From NCBI GenBank assembly GCA_964560005.1, contig CAZLKB010000001.1, positions 13,079-77,078 of the forward strand: a stretch of 64,000 nt of DNA. The letters are read 5' to 3'. The DNA is from an uncultured Gammaproteobacteria bacterium (GTDB lineage Bacteria > Patescibacteriota > Patescibacteriia > Patescibacteriales > GWC2-42-12). A program made the translations under genes and the position numbers. Every line of letters begins with the position of its first letter. Within the stretch, counting starts at the first letter, position 1. Of the stretch, positions 1-8,434 are shown in pieces. The notes under the pieces were generated by a model. The model saw nothing but the letters and a program-made list of their open reading frames with translations. It did no database searches and was not told the DNA's origin.

Positions 1-505
1 TTTTTTCTCTTACGCCGCGCTTTTGCCACTCATCGGTCAAAGTCTGCCTAACCGCGATACCGCGCATTCTTTTGTCTATCCACGAATCGGAATATCCCTT
101 GGCTTTATAAATCGCCACGGTTCTCTTGGTTGCCAGTTCCGGATCTTCAATTTCTTGCACCCTCTCGTAACCGACTCTTGCCAGCCAACGCTTAAAAGGT
201 TCGGCTTTAGGCGAAGGAATGGATTGAATAATGCGAAAAATGCCTTCCGTATTGGCGCAATTCATCATTTGCTTTCCACCTTTGGTGGGGACTTCAAGGG
301 TATGGACAAATTGTCCATACCCTTTGGATAATTCCGCGTCTCTACTGCGCATTTTGTTAATATAATCCTTAACATTAACGCTATCAATCAAAGCCGCGAC
401 CACATCTTCTACTGCAAACCACCATTCATTATTATAAACAGTCTTTCTGATTTTCTTGCCCTTGAACAAGGCGATTTTTGTTGTTTCCATTCTTGCCGCT
501 GGCAT
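1..505 (-). CDS. BRO-N / antirepressor-like (DinD-like) protein, C-terminus runs off the window
   Basis: Absent from the ORF track because there is no stop in the window. Hand translation of the minus strand from ATG 505-503 gives MPAARMETTKIALFKGKKIRKTVYNNEWWFAVEDVVAALIDS...NTEGIFRIIQSIPSPKAEPFKRWLARVGYERVQEIEDPELA...WIDKRMRGIAVRQTLTDEWQKRG, open to position 1. This fits the remembered Bro-N consensus. The + ORF 23..331 is its antisense shadow. Confidence 0.75.
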   Translation of the reverse strand, partial: MPAARMETTKIALFKGKKIRKTVYNNEWWFAVEDVVAALIDSVNVKDYINKMRSRDAELSKGYGQFVHTLEVPTKGGKQMMNCANTEGIFRIIQSIPSPKAEPFKRWLARVGYERVQEIEDPELATKRTVAIYKAKGYSDSWIDKRMRGIAVRQTLTDEWQKRGVREK

Positions 506-554
506 AATATAATCACGAAAATAATAAAATAATAAAATATAAATGCGAAGAAAA

Positions 555-1988
555 CTAGGGGCGGAACACAGCCCTAAAGCGGTAGTTATAGTTGGTATTA
601 GCGTAACCGATGTCGGAGCAACCGTAATTGCCGAAGACCAGGGCACCGAGGTAGTAATGATCGGAAGACCACTCGCTTGAGGTGTTGGACAGGTAAATAT
701 AGTTATTATTGGGCGCCGCGTTTCTGCCCCGGCCGATATTGGTCCCGTATTCGCCTATGGTAGTATCCGAGGAAGCGCCGGAAGAGTAATAATAGCTCGA
801 GCCGGCCGTATTGTTGTAATCCCCGGCCCTGGCTCCGCAATAACCGTAAAAATCCTCTTGGGTCGGCAGCCGCGTGCCTTTCCAATCGCGCAGGACCTTG
901 GAGTTCAACGGGCCGTTTAGTTTCTTTAATATATCGCCCGCGCTGGAATAGGCGAAAGGGATGATATAAATGATTTTATAAGTATTGCCCGCGGCCGGCG
1001 CCGCGCCCACCCATGAGCCTACCGTGGTAGTGGTGGCCGTGTTGCTTTCTATGATGCCGTAGGTCCCGGAGCCGGAGCCGCTGGTAATTACCAGCTTTTG
1101 CCCCATCCAGGTGGAAGTGGCCATATTCTGCGAGCTGTCTATAATAGTGGTGCCGCTGATCTCCGTAATCGCGCCCGAAAGCACTGCCCGGTCGCCTTCG
1201 CTGGGCAGTAGGTCGCGCTTCCCGTCCTTGCAGTCGGCTATTTCTATGGCCGTAACGCCATAACTGCCCGGCGGATAGGCGTTATGCGTTACCTGGCCGT
1301 TGGGAAAATTGCCCGTGCAGGAGTAGTCCCCGATCCAGGTATGGTCGTATTTATTGTCATCGTAAATCGTAAAATAGGATGTGGCGTCCGGGAAAAGCGT
1401 TGTGCTGGTGGCTTCGTGGTCTGGCGACAGCCAGGTGCCGTAAATCGTAATCGTATTGGCGTCGTTAGACTTAATCGTGCCCCAGCAGGAGACGCAGGTG
1501 CCGGCCGTGATTTTAATGGATGAATATTTATAATCTTTGGCTAATGTTGTAGCCGTAGTTACGGTGCTGGCCGTGCCGCCGTTCGCCGCCGTGCTGGCTA
1601 GCGAAGACGACGCCATATCCTCGGCTCCGTTCCAGGAAGTGGCGTTGATGGTCGTGGTGGCGACGCACAGGCCGTCCGCTCCGCCGCTAGTCAATCCGTC
1701 GCCGTCCGCGTCCTGAAACCAGACCCAGCCGTTGGTGGTGGAAGCCGTGGCCTGGACCGCCAGGCAGTTGGCTTTATTAAGCGCGGTGGAGCCCGAGCCG
1801 GTAAGGTTTCTCGACCAGCCCGCGCCCGGGTAGCTTTTGTTCTGCGTTATCGTCGTCTTGCCGGTCGCCGAGATGGTGGTGGAGCGGGCATTGACGAAAT
1901 TCCAAACCACCCTTAAGGGGCTGGCAACCGCCGCGCCGGTTAAGATAATAGCTAATGCGTAGATTATAATTTTAGCTTTGAGATTCAT
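555..1988 (-). CDS. secreted Thr/Ser/Gly-rich protein with a C-terminal Lcl/DUF1566-like module (hypothetical)
   Basis: 477-aa ORF with an N-terminal signal or anchor (MNLKAKIIIYALAIILTGAAVASP) and a low-complexity T/S/G body. The C-terminal WKGTRLPTQEDFYGYCG resembles the W-x-LPT-x-E motif of DUF1566. The gene is visibly GC-richer than its neighbours. Confidence 0.45.
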   Translation of the reverse strand: MNLKAKIIIYALAIILTGAAVASPLRVVWNFVNARSTTISATGKTTITQNKSYPGAGWSRNLTGSGSTALNKANCLAVQATASTTNGWVWFQDADGDGLTSGGADGLCVATTTINATSWNGAEDMASSSLASTAANGGTASTVTTATTLAKDYKYSSIKITAGTCVSCWGTIKSNDANTITIYGTWLSPDHEATSTTLFPDATSYFTIYDDNKYDHTWIGDYSCTGNFPNGQVTHNAYPPGSYGVTAIEIADCKDGKRDLLPSEGDRAVLSGAITEISGTTIIDSSQNMATSTWMGQKLVITSGSGSGTYGIIESNTATTTTVGSWVGAAPAAGNTYKIIYIIPFAYSSAGDILKKLNGPLNSKVLRDWKGTRLPTQEDFYGYCGARAGDYNNTAGSSYYYSSGASSDTTIGEYGTNIGRGRNAAPNNNYIYLSNTSSEWSSDHYYLGALVFGNYGCSDIGYANTNYNYRFRAVFRP

Positions 1989-2171
1989 ATTATTTTGCCC
2001 CCTTGAGGGTTCCCTCTTGATAAAGGGCCTGCCTGCCGGTAGGCAGAGGATAGGGGGATTAATGGTTAGGGGGATTATTTCTATATCATAGCATGTTTCC
2101 GCCCACTTGATAATATTAAAAACCCCGCCCTGGCTAAGGCGGAATTTTTTTATTAAAAGCTGTTCATTTTA

Positions 2172-2417
2172 TCATTTAACCCCAAGCTTTTTCTCTATAA
2201 TCATCACTCGATGTTTCAGCTCTTCTACGTCAATCGCCCAGGCCGTATAGGCGAATTTTAATTTGATTTCTTCCATGTCTCTTTTGAGTTCATTAAACTT
2301 GCCGGTAAATTTGCGGTCCAGGGAATCAAACTTGCCATCGAATTTTTCATGCACGCCGTCGAATTCATGCTTTATCATGACTGCCAACTCGTCCAAAGTT
2401 ATATTTTTCTTCGCCAT
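2172..2417 (-). CDS. small coiled-coil protein, paralog of 52577..52876
   Basis: 81-aa ORF. Its N-terminus ITLDELAVMIKHEFDGVHEKFD aligns with ITIDTLAVMMKKEFDGIGGRFD of the 99-aa ORF at 52577..52876. A hairpin terminator follows at about 2117..2151. Confidence 0.55.
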   Translation of the reverse strand: MAKKNITLDELAVMIKHEFDGVHEKFDGKFDSLDRKFTGKFNELKRDMEEIKLKFAYTAWAIDVEELKHRVMIIEKKLGVK

Positions 2418-2634
2418 ATTATTTTTTAATAATTTTTATATTATCATTATACGATTGCGCCGATACGCTGTCAAGATTAAAAGACAAAAATATTTTAGGC
2501 TGCCCCCCTGCTTGCCCGCCCTGGGTGGGGAATCCAGAGAGAGGCGGTTCTCTCCTCCAAATCATAATTCATATTGAAAATTAGGATATTTAGTTATTTT
2601 TTAAAAATTAAAAATTAAAAATTAAAAATTTTCT

Positions 2635-3360
2635 TCACTTCCCCAGCGTCCAGCCGAAAACTTTCTGCACGGCGTTGCTTAAAACGTCTACCAGGGAAAT
2701 ATTGCCCGCGCCGGTGTAAAACACGTACTGCTCGGAATATATCTTGATTTGGTTAGAATCGGTGGCGCTGACCGAATACCGATAAACCGAATCCGGATCC
2801 AGCGCGGGAATTATCAGGATATGGTTAAAGCCGAAGTAAGTATCCTTAAAAACTTTTTTGTCTTTCTCCCCGCTTTTATAATATTCCGCTTCAACGTACG
2901 ACCGCCTGTTGGTCTGACAGCTGATCACCGCCCGGATCTCGGTTTTGTCGCCTTCTTTGGCGGTATAGAGCTCGCTGGCTACATTGTTAATCGTGAATAT
3001 TTCGGTTTCGCCGAAATCAAAAACATTGGTGCCCGAGCCTTCAAGGTTGATCTGCAGCATCTCAAAATTTTCGCTCGCGGCGATGGCCTGCGCCCTTTTG
3101 GCCGCTTCCGTCGTTGAGGTCGCTATGACGATTTTTTGGCTGATATCAAAGGTATTTTTTGTCTGATTAACCTCAATCGCTCCTTTATCGGCGCCGGAAA
3201 ATAAAAACATTCTGAATAAAAAATATAAGAAAAACAAAATTAAGAGGATAATGATGATCCAGACAATAATCCGCCTGCGGCGCCTTTTTTTCGCCTCAGT
3301 TTCTTTTTCTTCTTCTAAAGCCGCCGCCTTAAGCTCGGCTTGATTATTAGGAGAATCCAT
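2635..3360 (-). CDS. single-pass membrane-anchored hypothetical protein
   Basis: 241-aa ORF. A basic stretch (KKRRRRRI) precedes one TM helix (IVWIIIILLILFFLYFLFRMFLF), followed by a soluble domain with no motif I recognise. Confidence 0.5.
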   Translation of the reverse strand: MDSPNNQAELKAAALEEEKETEAKKRRRRRIIVWIIIILLILFFLYFLFRMFLFSGADKGAIEVNQTKNTFDISQKIVIATSTTEAAKRAQAIAASENFEMLQINLEGSGTNVFDFGETEIFTINNVASELYTAKEGDKTEIRAVISCQTNRRSYVEAEYYKSGEKDKKVFKDTYFGFNHILIIPALDPDSVYRYSVSATDSNQIKIYSEQYVFYTGAGNISLVDVLSNAVQKVFGWTLGK

Positions 3361-3831
3361 AAATTAAATTTTCAATTTCTAATTTTCAATTTCTAAACAA
3401 TTATATAATTTCTCAATTTTCAATTAATTTCATTTCTTAAACTCGTTCCAATTTTATTAAAAATCAGTGTTAATTCATGAGCTTCTTTCCATAATTACCT
3501 TAATTCATTAATTTCTTCCTTGTTGGTTTCAGCGATTAACTCTAACCAATATTTAGTTTCCTGAATTTCTTTTCTACAGATAAATATTTTATTTTTAAAA
3601 TCTTTTCTTGAAGTGGCGCCGTTGGCTTCGCAATAATTCGCTCCGACACTAGTGGCTGATCTGATTAGTTGCGACACTATATTATCGTTTATTGAATTCC
3701 TTTTAATTTTTATTAACAACCCGATTATTTTTTTACTAAATAATTTTGTTCTATCCTCCAAATCGTACTGCATAATTGAAAATTATTTCATTGGAAATTG
3801 TTTGAAAATTAGAAATTGAAAATTAAAAATT
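3361..3831. repeat. heptamer-built inverted repeat whose arms (3361..3428 and 3775..3831) enclose the four-helix-bundle gene
   Basis: The reverse complement of the right arm shares a perfect 23-nt run, AATTTTCAATTTCTAATTTTCAA, with the left arm. Further matches are AACAATT and AATTTTCAAT. The arms abut the start of the 2635..3360 gene and the stop of the 3832..5019 gene. Confidence 0.85.
3495..3773 (-). CDS. four-helix-bundle protein (23S rRNA intervening-sequence protein family), ended by an in-frame TAA
   Basis: LIRSATSVGANYCEANGATSRKDFKNKIFICRKEIQETKYWLELI is the family core motif. After TAA at 3495-3497 the same frame continues LWKEAHELTLIFNKIGTSLRNEIN to TGA at 3420-3422, which looks like the missing last helix. 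Confidence 0.8.
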   Translation of the reverse strand: MQYDLEDRTKLFSKKIIGLLIKIKRNSINDNIVSQLIRSATSVGANYCEANGATSRKDFKNKIFICRKEIQETKYWLELIAETNKEEINELR

Positions 3832-5019
3832 CTACTTATATCTTAAAGAAATCAGCGGATCGCTCTTGCTCGCCTGCCTGGCCGGAATCAGGCCGGTGAA
3901 AAATCCCACCAAGGTGGCCACCGCTAAAATAAAAATCAAAAACCAGCCGGGAAAATAAAACAGCGAAATCGCCAGGCCGCCCATTTTCTGGGCCAGGAAA
4001 TTAAATAAAAAATTAAACAGCTGGCCGGCGATAAATCCCAGCGCCACGCCGAAAACCCCGCCCAAAAAACCCATAATGGTTGATTCAAAGACAAACATCC
4101 AAAGAATATCCTGATTGGTCGCCCCGATTGATTTCATGATGCCGATTTCTTCCGTTCTTTCCATGAGCGTCACCACCATGGTATTGAACATGCCGATGGC
4201 GCTGACCATTAAGGCGATAGCTCCGAACAGGCCGAGAATTATCCTGACTACCTGAAAAGTTTTTTCCACTTGATCAATGATGTCGGTTAAGGCGGAAACT
4301 ATGAACCCGCCGCCGGTTAGGCTGTTCCTGACGTCGTTCATCGCCCGGCTGGAAGAGCATTTGACCTTCAGCCTGGAATAGGCGAAAGACGGGTAAAGAC
4401 TAGCCAAGGTTTTTTGGTTGGCGAAAACAATGATGTCTTTTTTGTCAACCAGTCCGGTAATTTTATAATCTATGGCCGCCCTTTCCCCCGAATCGCCGGT
4501 AAAAAATATTTTTATGCTTTCCCCCGCCATCGCTTCCGGAGCCTTTTCAAATACTTTGGCTAAAGTGTTGGAAATTATCACCCCGCCGCTTCCCTCGCCG
4601 ATCTCTTCTCTCTGAATGACTTTCAGGCCTTCCAGGGCGAAAAAATTTTCATCAACCGCGATTACCTTGGCGTCCGTCACCAAGCCGCTAAACTCTAATT
4701 GCCCGGTAGTTTCAAAAACCGGGCTAACCAGGCTGACACCGGGAATTTTACCGATGCCTAAAATCTCCGCCTGGCTGATGGCCGGGCTGGATTCTTTAGG
4801 ATAAACGTCTAAGGTTACGAGCGAATCGGCCGTGGTAATGGTTTCTAAAAGAGTCCTTTGGATGCCGAAGCCCAAGGCGACCAGAAATAAAATCGCGCCG
4901 ATACCCACGCTCATGCCTAAAATGGTCAAAAGCGTCCTGGAAGTTCTGGCCTTAAACATTCTGGTGGAAAATTTTAATAGATTCCAGAAACCCATAAAGT
5001 AATAATTTTCAATTCTCAA
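3832..5019 (-). CDS. ABC transporter permease, FtsX/MacB type
   Basis: The N-terminal TM helix RTLLTILGMSVGIGAILFLVALG is followed by a large extracytoplasmic domain and then three C-terminal TM helices containing EIGIMKSIGAT. The first 8 codons (MRIENYYF) are repeat-encoded, so the real start may be ATG at 4995. Confidence 0.85.
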   Translation of the reverse strand: MRIENYYFMGFWNLLKFSTRMFKARTSRTLLTILGMSVGIGAILFLVALGFGIQRTLLETITTADSLVTLDVYPKESSPAISQAEILGIGKIPGVSLVSPVFETTGQLEFSGLVTDAKVIAVDENFFALEGLKVIQREEIGEGSGGVIISNTLAKVFEKAPEAMAGESIKIFFTGDSGERAAIDYKITGLVDKKDIIVFANQKTLASLYPSFAYSRLKVKCSSSRAMNDVRNSLTGGGFIVSALTDIIDQVEKTFQVVRIILGLFGAIALMVSAIGMFNTMVVTLMERTEEIGIMKSIGATNQDILWMFVFESTIMGFLGGVFGVALGFIAGQLFNFLFNFLAQKMGGLAISLFYFPGWFLIFILAVATLVGFFTGLIPARQASKSDPLISLRYK

Positions 5020-5152
5020 TTTTCAATTTTCAAACAATGACCAATGGATTAATGATTAAATTTTCAAACATGTACTCAATTTAATTAATTGAAAATTAAA
5101 ACATTGAAAATTCATTGAAAATTAGAAATTGAAAATTGAAAATTTTAAATAT
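5004..5152. repeat. heptamer-built inverted repeat ('GAAAATT' subfamily) between the ABC ATPase and permease genes
   Basis: AATTTTCAATTCTCAATTTTCAATTTTCAAACAATG opposes CATTGAAAATTCATTGAAAATTAGAAATTGAAAATTGAAAATT. Confidence 0.85.
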
Positions 5153-5194
5153 TACTTCGTTAGTATCATTCACCCCGAAAGCCTGGCTGGATTC

Positions 5195-6622
5195 TTAATA
5201 CCTTAATAACAACAAAAGCTCTATCTCTTTGGAAATTTTCTCGGCCAGTCTTTTATCGTAGCCTAAACCCTGCTCTTTTATCGGCAGATCAAGCAATTTT
5301 TTAAACTCGTCTCTGCCGATGCGATTGGCCAGCCGGTCAAAAATTACTGTTGACAATTTGTCCAAAGCCTCCTGACTGAAATTTAATTCCAGCCGGGCGT
5401 TAACGTAGCCGGCCAATTCCCGGGCGCTTTTATCTTTATCGGCGAAATCTATCTTGCCGGCCTGATGAACCAGCTGCTTGACATTGTCGGAAAATTTCCT
5501 GGCCAAGCGCTTGTCCCAGCCGGCTCCGCCCTTCTCTGTCGGTAAATCCAATTGTTCATAAAAATCATGAAATCCGTCCTTAAAATACAAGAAACTCTCC
5601 ACTTTTTTGATCGCCCTTTCAATTTGATCGTGCGTCATGGTAAAAAACAGGTGGGAAAAAATCTGCTGGGCTTTAAACGGCATTAATAAATTGCCGACCC
5701 GGCTGGACGACATGCCTTTAAACGACTGGATTAAAAGCCGCAAATCGGTCGGGATATACTCTCCCTTAATAAAATCCTCCCTAACTTTTCCGTCTTTAAA
5801 AATATAACTGTCCACCTGGTGCGCCTTAACGGCTTTATACTCAATTTTGACTATTTTTCCATCCAGCATATAAACGATCTTGTTGCCGTATTGCAAATGG
5901 GCAGGATCGTGCGTGACTAAAATGATGGTCTTTTTGTCTATTTCGTTTAGCTCTTTGAAAATCGTCATGACCACATGAGAGGACTTGGAATCCAAATTCC
6001 CCACCGGTTCGTCGGCTAAAATAATCTCGGGATTATTGATTAAAGATCTGATGACGGCGACGCGCTGTTTTTGGCCGCCGGAAAGCTCGGACGGAAATTT
6101 AACGGCTTGATCCAAAATATTATAGCGCTTTAACAGCTCTACCGCCGCCGCCTTAACTTCTTTCACCATTTTCCCGCAAAAAATTTTAGGCAAACAGACG
6201 TTTTCCAGGATATTTAAAGTACTGATTAGATAAAACGACTGGAAAATCATGCCGATTTTATGGCGATGGAACCAGGAAATTTCCCGGTTGTTAAAAACGC
6301 TAATGTCTTCCTGGTCCACGATAACTTTGCCGTTGGTGGGTTTTTGCAGGCCGGCGATGGAATATAAAAGAGTTGACTTGCCGCAGCCCGAGGGGCCGAA
6401 AATAACCACATATTCTTGGGGATAAATTTCTAAATTTATCCCGTCCAGCGACCTGGTTTCGTTGGCTTTGCCCTGATTATAAATTACATCCACATCTTTT
6501 ATTATAATATTGGCTGGCTGGCGCGGCTTTGTCTCGGCCGCCGCCTCGGGAACGGCGCTGGCTGGCTCCTGGGGCGCGGTAATTGTCGCGTTGGGAATAT
6601 TATTTTGAGTCTGATTCTCCAT
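5195..6622 (-). CDS. ABC transporter ATP-binding protein (MacB/LolD-like) with a ~250-aa C-terminal extension
   Basis: Walker A GPSGCGKSTLL, signature LSGGQKQRVAV and Walker B ILADEPVGNLD are present. The track start at 6661 is a TTG, so I prefer ATG at 6622 (MENQTQ). The extension holds two copies of a LDLP-x-E-x-G-x-G-x-DKRLA-x-K motif. Confidence 0.85.
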   Translation of the reverse strand: MENQTQNNIPNATITAPQEPASAVPEAAAETKPRQPANIIIKDVDVIYNQGKANETRSLDGINLEIYPQEYVVIFGPSGCGKSTLLYSIAGLQKPTNGKVIVDQEDISVFNNREISWFHRHKIGMIFQSFYLISTLNILENVCLPKIFCGKMVKEVKAAAVELLKRYNILDQAVKFPSELSGGQKQRVAVIRSLINNPEIILADEPVGNLDSKSSHVVMTIFKELNEIDKKTIILVTHDPAHLQYGNKIVYMLDGKIVKIEYKAVKAHQVDSYIFKDGKVREDFIKGEYIPTDLRLLIQSFKGMSSSRVGNLLMPFKAQQIFSHLFFTMTHDQIERAIKKVESFLYFKDGFHDFYEQLDLPTEKGGAGWDKRLARKFSDNVKQLVHQAGKIDFADKDKSARELAGYVNARLELNFSQEALDKLSTVIFDRLANRIGRDEFKKLLDLPIKEQGLGYDKRLAEKISKEIELLLLLRY

Positions 6623-6802
6623 GTTATATTTTATCCTGCGCCCCGCCCGGCGGAACAGCAAAGGACAAGTTGCTTTTTAAAATAATCTTCATCATTAAAA
6701 GTCAAAAAATCAAGCCCTGACGATTTTATTTACGGCCTTGCCTGATAAAATTATACAACTTTAGAGAGTTCTTGTAAAACTTCCTAAATCTCGCGTTATG
6801 AG

Positions 6803-8434
6803 TTATGAGTTATGCGTTACCCGTCCTGCCAGCCCCAGCGCCAGCCATAAAAACAACACCCCGAAATGCAGGCTCCAAAGCCAATGGTCAAAAGACATTA
6901 GAATTACCAGGGAAATAAAAATAGAAATACTTACCATTGAATTTATAGCATAGTCGTTTTCGCTAATTCTAAATTTATAATCTTCCCCCAGCCGGGGACA
7001 TGCAATTTTTAATGAATTGTTTGAAAATTGGTTAATTGAAAATTGTTTGTCCTCCGAAGGCTTGCCGAAGGGGGGAAAATTGAAAATTATTAAACATACT
7101 ATCAGCCCAATAAATAAAATTAATCCTACTATCCCCGTCTCCGCCCAAACCAATAAGAACACATTATGCGCCGGCTGGTAATAATAGCTCGACTCGTCCG
7201 GCTTTAACTCATTATACTGGGCCAAAGTATAATTCCCTAGACCCGCGCCTCCGGCCCAATATTTTTTAATTATCGGCCAGGCATTTTTAATCGACTCAAT
7301 CCTTTCGCTGTTTGATTTAATTTCCAGTCGGTTCGGCGCGTTCGCGAAGCTTAAGGCGCTTGGCATCGCCGCGAAAGATTGAACCGGATATAGCCGCGTC
7401 ATAACTAAATTAGGGTACAGTAAAAATAAAACCAGCGCCACCGCTCCGATAATCAGCATAGCCTGCGCCAGCGCCTTCTCGGCCAATAGGTTTCTTTTGG
7501 CTAAAGACCACAGAACCAGCGCCAGCATGCCCAGCCCGGCTCCCAGCCAGGCGCTTCTGGAAAAGCTAAAAAATAAGGTAGCGGTAAAAATCACTAATAA
7601 TGACCAAGACAATATTTTAAAAATTTTAACATTGAAAATTGTTTGAAAATTATCAGTCGGCTGGTTAATTGAATTTTTTGATTTTTTTGAAAATTGAAAA
7701 TTGAAAATTGAAAATTGATTAAATTTTTCTAGCCTAACAACTTCCCCTACCAAAAGCAGTATGCCTACAGCCATCAGCCCGCCCAATATATTGGGGTGAT
7801 CCAGAGAGCCATAGGCTCTTAGCCATCTTTCGCCCATGCCGTCCGACGCCACCGTCTCAATAACCGACGTTCCCGGCTGGCTCGCCTGGTGCAAAGCCAG
7901 CCCGAGCCATTTGCTTTGAAATGTGGCTTGAAATAAAAACTGCCAGATCGCCAGCAAGGCCTGGGTCGCTATGCCGAAAAGCAAACTCCAAACCAGCTTT
8001 ACTCTATGGTATTGGCTGGCCGCCAACAGCCAGAATAAACCCGCGCCTAAAATCAGCCAGCCGAATTTATAAAACGCCAGCAGTTTGCTCAAAGCAAAAA
8101 AAATGGAAGTAGCCGAAACTAAAATTAAACCTCCAATCAGCAGCCAGGTTAATTGAAATTTTTTAATTGTTTGAAAATTAGATAATTGGAAATTGTTTAA
8201 AAATTGAAAATTAAAAATTAAAAATTTTTTTTGGAAAACCCGATAAATCACAAAAAGAAATAATAATAATATCAATAGTACATCCGTCCCATACAAACTG
8301 TATGTTCCATACTCCCACGGCCCGTTGTTTAAAACTCCCGGCTTAATGATCCAGCGGGTCTGGAGCGGCAGCGTGAAAACTAAGAGGTATAAGCCGTATT
8401 CAATTGTTTTATTTAAATACTTCATATAATACAA
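6803..8434 (-). CDS. O-antigen ligase/polymerase (Wzy_C-like) polytopic membrane protein
   Basis: Many TM helices, plus FSFSRSAWLGAGLGMLAL, which is typical of Wzy_C. Three repeat-encoded in-frame insertions are present (FNFQFLNNFQLSNFQ, FNQFSIFNFQFSKKSK, FSINQFSNNSLK). Confidence 0.7.
   Translation of the reverse strand: MYYMKYLNKTIEYGLYLLVFTLPLQTRWIIKPGVLNNGPWEYGTYSLYGTDVLLILLLFLFVIYRVFQKKFLIFNFQFLNNFQLSNFQTIKKFQLTWLLIGGLILVSATSIFFALSKLLAFYKFGWLILGAGLFWLLAASQYHRVKLVWSLLFGIATQALLAIWQFLFQATFQSKWLGLALHQASQPGTSVIETVASDGMGERWLRAYGSLDHPNILGGLMAVGILLLVGEVVRLEKFNQFSIFNFQFSKKSKNSINQPTDNFQTIFNVKIFKILSWSLLVIFTATLFFSFSRSAWLGAGLGMLALVLWSLAKRNLLAEKALAQAMLIIGAVALVLFLLYPNLVMTRLYPVQSFAAMPSALSFANAPNRLEIKSNSERIESIKNAWPIIKKYWAGGAGLGNYTLAQYNELKPDESSYYYQPAHNVFLLVWAETGIVGLILFIGLIVCLIIFNFPPFGKPSEDKQFSINQFSNNSLKIACPRLGEDYKFRISENDYAINSMVSISIFISLVILMSFDHWLWSLHFGVLFLWLALGLAGRVTHNS

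Noticed and set aside
1-505. The BRO-N gene at the window edge taken as evidence for a prophage or mobile island
   Set aside because: It is a single gene cut by the window edge. No integrase, terminase, capsid or att-like repeats are visible next to it in this window.
7600-7740. Tandem GAAAATT-type arrays (also at 2600-2632, 13950-13985, 19280-19308 and 48920-48950) considered as possible CRISPR arrays
   Set aside because: The repeat unit is only 7 nt, there are no unique spacers, many arrays lie inside intact ORFs, and no cas genes are in the window.
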